A stretch of 64,000 bases of DNA from Tubulanus polymorphus (Eukaryota > Animalia > Nemertea): positions 5,580,001 through 5,644,000 of the forward strand of contig NC_134025.1 of NCBI RefSeq assembly GCF_964204645.1, written 5' to 3'. The position numbers and the translations under genes are program-made. The notes beneath the pieces are model-generated. The model did no database searches. It saw only the letters and a program-made list of their open reading frames with translations, and was not told the origin of the DNA. How positions within the stretch are numbered: the stretch's first letter is position 1; each line of letters starts with the position of its first letter. Below are positions 57,469 to 64,000 of this stretch, piece by piece.

Positions 57469-59447
57469 ATGTCGGCACCAGAAACAAAGTTGTTATCATT
57501 GAAGCGTTATCTGACAAATACTGAACGCGAAAATGAAATGGCTCTCAGGGGACGAGACCCCGATGATTCATTTTTCGGGGCAAGAGTCATCGAGTGCCAA
57601 CAAAATGTGGTCGAAGAAAGAAAACTGGCCAAAGAATTAGATGGTTTGGAAAGACAGAGAAAGATCGCGTTGGCTAGACTTAACAGTTCTCAACACATTC
57701 TTAAACTGACCTGTCGTAAGTATAATAAGGACAGAAAAAGCTCGACTACAATTATAAAGAAAAAAAGCACTCAGGATCTTGGGGATACAGGAGATGATAG
57801 CTTCGTGCAGGTTGGGTTCCATTTTAAAGCCAACGGAGATCCTAGGCCAAGCGAGGGAGTTAGATTGTCAAGGTCGATATGTCGTCTGAAAAGCCAAATA
57901 AACGATATCAATCAAGCAATATCGACCTCATCGATAAAACACGATCACAATGTGGGGTCTTTTCGTAAACTATCGAGCGATCCCGATACTGAGTCAGCGG
58001 AACAAGGGGAAATGATGAACGACGAGGAGTACCAAAAAGAAATGGACGAAGTTGAAAAAATGGTAACTGAACTTATTAAAGCTGCGAAACGGCATCGAAG
58101 TACTACATTAGTAAAGAAGAACAACAAAGGTTCAGACGGAAAGCCGATGGTGGGAAAACATCAGTATCTCAGAGCTCATGAGAACGAATATGTCTGGCAC
58201 TTAGAATCTGGTTCTGCTAGAAGGAATAACGACAATACAGGAGTTACCGCCGGTAAATTGTCTTTGACTCCGTCCGACCTTTACCGACCATCGTATACAT
58301 CAAAAGCGACCCGAGGAAGCAGGGCAGCAGTTCTGGATCCGAAAGCGTCGTCCCTTTACAAAAATATTCACCATACTAAAGCGCAATGTTTGGCATGCGA
58401 ATATAGATTCAAACAATCAACGCATGAAGAAGTAAGCAAGGGGTCCTCGACGGTCAATGTTCAACCAACACCTTCGTCTATGATGCGTAATCCAAGCTGT
58501 ATTCTTAGAGCGTGGACTCCTTCTTCGGGAAGCCTTCACCACATCGACAACGCATCTTCATCGGGTTTACTCCATCGTAAGGGGAGCTCTCGACATGCCG
58601 GTTTCAGCAATTCATCGGTAGCATCCTCATCGAACGAGTCAATAGACAGCAGATCGTCAACAACCAGTGCACACCTGGCAGTCCCGGGTACGGGAGATTT
58701 ACGGAAACAAATTCTGAAGAAGATGGTAGTTGCTAGAACGTTAACTCCAGATTCTAACGATAGTAGGTCCAGATCGCCGTCACCATTGGTCAGTCCTAGG
58801 GACGAACAACCGAGAGCTTCATCGTGTCCAGGGCAAGTTGATGCCGGTCATGGCGATACATTATCGATAGGACATACACCAAGCCCACCACTGGTCAGTA
58901 ACGTATCAATAAAATTAAATGATCAAGATGAAAGTGAACATCTATTACACAGTCGATCCTCTCATAAATGGAAAAAACGATGTATATCGACGAAGGAATT
59001 GAAACACCAAGCGGTAAGCGATCATCAAGTCATGGACATTTCATTTAGAATATCTCTTATGTAATAATAGATCCACAACCATTTTCATTATCAACATGGA
59101 CCCATGCTAGACCATATACTTGTCAACCAGGAAAAAATTTTTTGTAGGAGGTAGCCACTCAAAGCAGTTTCATGAAAGTCAACGAATTTCTGCATAAGAT
59201 TGACGACGACCTAAAACATCAGGAGACGGACGATCGATTCACGGCGAACAGATCGGGCTTATCACCAGCTCAAACTCAGAACGTATTCAGAAATACACAA
59301 AATCGTTATCAACAAGATATACAACGACATTCAACTGGACAGCTATCTAAAGAAATGGAAGCTCTGAAAAACTGCCGATATCTGCGCATTTATGTCCCGA
59401 AGGCTGAACGAAACAAAAAAGTAGGAAGCTTCGACGCTATACTTTGA
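57469..59447 (+). CDS. Two-exon 614-aa uncharacterised protein, CCDC190-like N-terminal coiled coil and C-terminal CRYLR motif
   Basis: join(57469-59013, 59148-59447): GCG|gtaagc donor and tttttgtag acceptor, phase 0, unite ORF-track ORFs 57454 and 59172. N-term NVVEERKLAKELDGLERQRKIALARL; C-term EMEALKNCRYLRIYVPKAER. Family call is from recalled motifs. Confidence 0.8.
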
Positions 59448-59775
59448 TATCAATTCTGCATAAAATCTAATAGAATCTTAAAAGCATTACGACGCTTATG
59501 CAAAAAATTATGGAAAAACTATTATTTGACACAAACAAGACAATCTTGTAACTCATCTTCAGTGGGTTAGAATTCATACGTATCGACCTTGCCAAATTAA
59601 TGCAAGGAATCAAATCAATCCTCTAAGTTTGATATGCTAAGATTAAGATGGTTTCCGATCGACTTCCTGGCATTGGGACTTTTCGATAATTAAGCAAAGG
59701 TCCAAGAAAAAACTGTCGCAAAGAAATAATTAACTAATAACTAGTATATCTCCAGATTAATCATACTTTTTATAA

Positions 59776-59781
59776 TTTATT
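59776..59781 (-). terminator. Probable POLQ polyadenylation signal
   Basis: AATAAA on minus strand about 360 nt after the POLQ stop, followed on that strand by U-rich sequence (59700-59745). Confidence 0.5.
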
Positions 59782-60138
59782 TCGAAATTCTGTACACTGT
59801 CATTGAGTACACATTGTCAATCATTTTCAAATATTGAATCATTTTCCATTTCATTTTCCATTCATTTTAAAGCCATTTGGCACATTTCATTCAACATAAA
59901 TAATCATATTCCATTCATAGCTATATACAAAGCTATGTATTCATTTCAAATAAATAGTTCATTTCACTAGAAAAAATATATAATGTTTTATACAAATTTA
60001 TCACAAATGTTAATGGATGAAATAGACATCAGTAATAAATAAATACATTTTAATTGCAATTTCATTAACATTCTATACATTTGAGATAAAGATCAATTAA
60101 TATAAATTTGTAGTTATTTCATCTCTGTCATTGTTTGA

Positions 60139-63100
60139 TCAAGGTTCCAACTCGGTTAACGAACCCCACGTAGGTCCCGCTTGAATTTTCACAGGGAATT
60201 TTACGGATAACTGCATCGCGTTTTCCATGTTCGTTTTGATGATTTGCGCGACTCGTATCAGATCAGACGCGGCAACTTCATATATCAGTTCGTCGTGTAA
60301 TTGTAGAATGAAGAACGCTCCTGATAGATGATGATTGCTCAATCGTCGACTGTGTCTTCTCAACGAATCTACAAAAACAACATTTTCTTTATTAAAGGAT
60401 CGTAACAAAAAGATTTAAGCCAATAATCAATTCTATGTACTGAAACAGGGTGGCTACTTTTATTTGAATTGGCCCTATTCCCGGACATGCACGTTGTTTT
60501 CACGGACTTGATCTGCTAAGAATCCAATCAATTAACACAATCTAATACATAAGTCATAGACGGAAACACTGTTTGATTTTACGTACAATCTAGCAACCTC
60601 AACGAATAACCCGGACTTTTCCATGATTTTGAGCTATTTTACAGAATTCTCTGACTATTCCTCGACTTATCCCTGACTTCCAGGTAAGTGGCCATCCTGA
60701 GAAGAACTTAAGTTGCGAAACATTGAAACATAGGTCACATAATTTTCATGGATGACGAAAGTCATGTTTTTACCTGAGGAGGGATTATTGGATTTGTGAG
60801 TGTGCGAATATCTACAGTTCGGAAAAACTCGCTGTAACTCATCGTCGATATTAATCATAGCCTTCTTCACCATGTCTGCTGCAGAACCTTGAACGGTAGT
60901 ATTCACTGCTTGTCTCTCAGCCTGGAATAGAAATATTCCCTTTAATCATGTATCATACAAGACTGAAGTTAGCACTTATTCATTCAATCGAGTAAACTTA
61001 CATGAGCTCGAGCATGAGGATTAGTATCTTTAATTGCTGGCAGGTAGCGTTTACGGCCAAGTAATGTCTGCACATAACCAACATCCCGACATTTATTAAC
61101 TGTATCTCGCAGATATGACCGCATTCCTGAAAATTACAGGATATTTTGAGCAAATTACATTGTATCCAGTTAAATACCTTGATCAACCCAGGAGTTGATA
61201 CGGTATCTTTCATAATTATATATACCTGTATATTTAGCCTTAAAAGTCTCTATAAATTGTGCAGCTTCTTCAAGGTCAACTTGCAACTGTTCACCGAGAG
61301 CTTTTGGTCCGATTCCATAAATCATACCGTAACAGATCTGTCAATCAAGGAATAATACGCATAGTAAAGTACATTCACAAGCAAAAATATTTTAGACAGA
61401 ATTATTTGATGACGTGTTTGAAGTAAAATGCTGACAATTGTAACTTTCTACAAATGCATCTTCAAATCTTTTGGATGTCACACCTGTTTTGCCTGCTGCC
61501 GTTCTTCAGCTGTGACTTCATGAACGTCCTTGTTTTTCCATTGAGCTGTAATCTGTTTGAACACATCTTCACCGCTGTTTAGAATTCTAATCAGCTTCAT
61601 ATCACCAGATAGATGCGCTATCATTCTCAACTCCAACTGAGAATAGTCAGCAGCAACAATCACTCCATCTATTAGTAAAATAGTAAACGTTGTACGTCGT
61701 TTTTTCAGTAATTTTAACTAGTTGTAATGAAGACCACTGAAAGATATTATGTCACCTTTAAATGGTAGAAATGCATGTCTCATACTGACAGCTGTAATAT
61801 GTTCACCCGATACACTATCTTCCGGTTTCGTTTGGATGTCGAAATCTTTCGGGATATTCTGAAAGTTTGGTTCGGACATTGTGACACGTCCCGTTGCCGT
61901 ATGAGTTTGAGTTACGCTGTAAATACGATCCATTTCCAGCGTGGAGTTGAATTGGCGACATTTCATATACGGATAAACAACCTATAATTGATAAAATCAT
62001 GATGAACTGAAGATTATTTCTCTAACTTGAAATATTGAGTGCAGCGAGTAACACAGGTTGCTTTCATTTATATTCACTTTTGTTAATGCACAGTTGATTC
62101 TACGCCATTCTAGAATGATGCTTGGGAGCGGATGCATGTTGACCAATTTAGACAGGATATCCTTCGAAGTACTGAAAGCATTTTGTCCACGGCCCCCACG
62201 AACTTTTTTCGGTATACAAGCAGGTACAGCGGGATCACCACTCGGAGGTAGTCCTAACTCCACGAACAATACCTAAACCATAATCGAAAGTATGATAAAG
62301 GACTTCTTAGATCTTGTTTATGCATGAAAACCAAATGAACTTACCTGGCCAACATCCTCAGGGGAACTTAAAGAAAACGAATGGTTGGCCAATCGATACG
62401 CCTCCACTTCTAACGTTGTCAATTTCATTTGCATCACATTTTTCTGTTGCTCACATATATCATGGCTGAATCCTATAATGTATCAATATTCATTCTATAA
62501 GTCAATTGAGGCAGGAATATCTTTGAATATACAATTGCATTTAAATGAAATATCTTTACCCATGCCATTCATTTCCATTCTAGCTAGGCAAATCACAGAA
62601 GGCATCTCGATTTCATGAAATGAAGTGAATAAATTATCCTCTTTCAGTTTATTGTTGAAATATTGCATCAAATGAAGTACTAATACAGATTCAGTAGCAG
62701 CTCGAACACGACCAGGTCCAGGATTCTTAGTGGTCATTCCTAGACTTGCAAGACCAATACCACCTCCTACAGCTACAATGGATATAGAACAGGAAATTAC
62801 TGTTATATACCCTAAGATGTATTAGTTTGTTTTTCATTTCTTCAGTTTATATTGGTTTCTAAATATATCATTATCATTACCCTCTAAAAGATGTACATCA
62901 AATGGTAGAAAATTGGTCACCATGCCATGAAGAGTCTTCTCTCGAGCCCCGGGATCAAACAACCACAACGCTACTTTAGGATCCTCGAATTTTGCGCGGG
63001 GAACAACATCACAGGTCCTTGACAGTGCTTTATATTGTTCCTTAACATCGAATGCAATTACAGTTCTAGGTTTGGAAGATTGTAGTACTGTTTGCACCAC

Positions 63101-64000
63101 TTGCAATCTACAGTCGAGAGACAATTCATCGTCTATAGCCGCTGGTGCTAAACTATCATCAAGATCTGTATAATAATCAATGAAACTTTTTGACTTTTGA
63201 TTTTTGACCGCTTGACCTGCAGATCCCAAAAATTCACTCCTAAGATTCAACACATTTGACAGGGTATTCAATAGTAGGAATACCTGGTAATATTCGATTC
63301 AAGGGGAGGAATGAATTGTCCAGCAGCAGCCCTACCTTGCTGTCGATGATTCGTAAAGGCAATATAATAAGCATCTCTGTTTTCCCAGCAGACAGCCATG
63401 CCCACTATGGTTCTTTCCACTCCATGGATTTGAAGTCTGACCAATTCTTCATCTATGTCGTTATAATTGTTCTTCTTCTTACCTAAATCAGAAATGACAA
63501 AAAAAACAACAACATCCACTACAGTTACTACCTGCAAATAAAACAATGATGAAAGATTGTCATTAATGCCATTGTCTTACTTACTTTTCTTGAAGTTTCC
63601 ACCAATCTTTGTCACCACAGGTTGCTTTTTAGGCATATCTTCACAGGCCAGCGCAATGGAGAAATAAGGTTTACTTCTCCACTCGCGGCAAAACGTTGAA
63701 AACAACTTTTTATTCGCAGTTACGTCGATGATCGAGAATGACGTGTTTGTGCACGGAATATCATCATCAGTTGCTGGAGGAATACGAGATGGTTGATCTA
63801 TATCCTGTGAAGTATCGCCTTCATTGTCATCATCGCTGCTCTCAACGTCTTCTAACAACTGATCTAATTTAAACTGAGTATCATTCTTCGCCTGTGAGGT
63901 ATCATTACTCATCTCAATGAGTTGACGTTTAGCTGCTGGGTGACTGTCTGTAGACTGACCCGATCGTTTTTCACCTCTTTTACTCCAGGTTGAAGTACTC
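60139..64000 (-). CDS. POLQ: DNA polymerase theta, 3' part (end of central domain, inactive exonuclease-like and family A polymerase domain); 5' end beyond window
   Basis: complement join 63585-64000, 63336-63482, 62881-63165, 62560-62772, 62345-62472, 62078-62272, 61756-61981, 61484-61668, 61226-61337, 61002-61126, 60774-60921, 60139-60368, phases consistent. POLQ-specific SFSIIDVTANKKLFSTFCREW and DPKVALWLFDP, TATGRV, motif A ADYSQLELR, motif B RQQAKQICYGMIYG, ERQAVNTTVQGSAAD, motif C LQLHDELIYEV. Confidence 0.97.

Noticed and set aside
63483-63546. Alternative POLQ acceptor at 63531 (VVTVVDVV extension in the ORF track)
   Set aside because: Phase mismatch with the upstream donor and intron only 53 nt; the acceptor at 63482 fits.

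Overview
Eukaryotic (animal, probably marine invertebrate/spiralian; inference from AT-rich sequence, GT-AG introns with a ~80-nt mode and undepleted CpG) genomic window, not prokaryotic. It holds four protein genes. (1) A ROS1/Sevenless receptor tyrosine kinase on + from at least 4927 to 51069; 40 coding exons were reconstructed by hand with consistent phases (8019 nt, 2672 aa plus an unresolved N-terminus): Cys-rich CATCH region, 9 FN3, 3 YWTD propellers, TM, kinase and a ~450-aa disordered tail. (2) An intronless 232-aa orphan gene (56368-57066) with TATA/Inr promoter and cell-cycle-type linear motifs. (3) A two-exon 614-aa gene (57469-59447) resembling CCDC190-like proteins, with an RFX X-box. 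(4) The 3' polymerase half of POLQ on - (12 exons, 60139 to the window edge). Best leads: a pri-miRNA-like hairpin in a ROS1 intron (40151-40239), a 27-nt ROS1 microexon apparently positionally conserved with the optional mammalian NDT exon, a ROS1 signal-peptide candidate reachable only by +1 frameshift or GTG start, the orphan gene, and a strongly shortened POLQ insert 2. All homology calls come from recalled motifs, not database searches.
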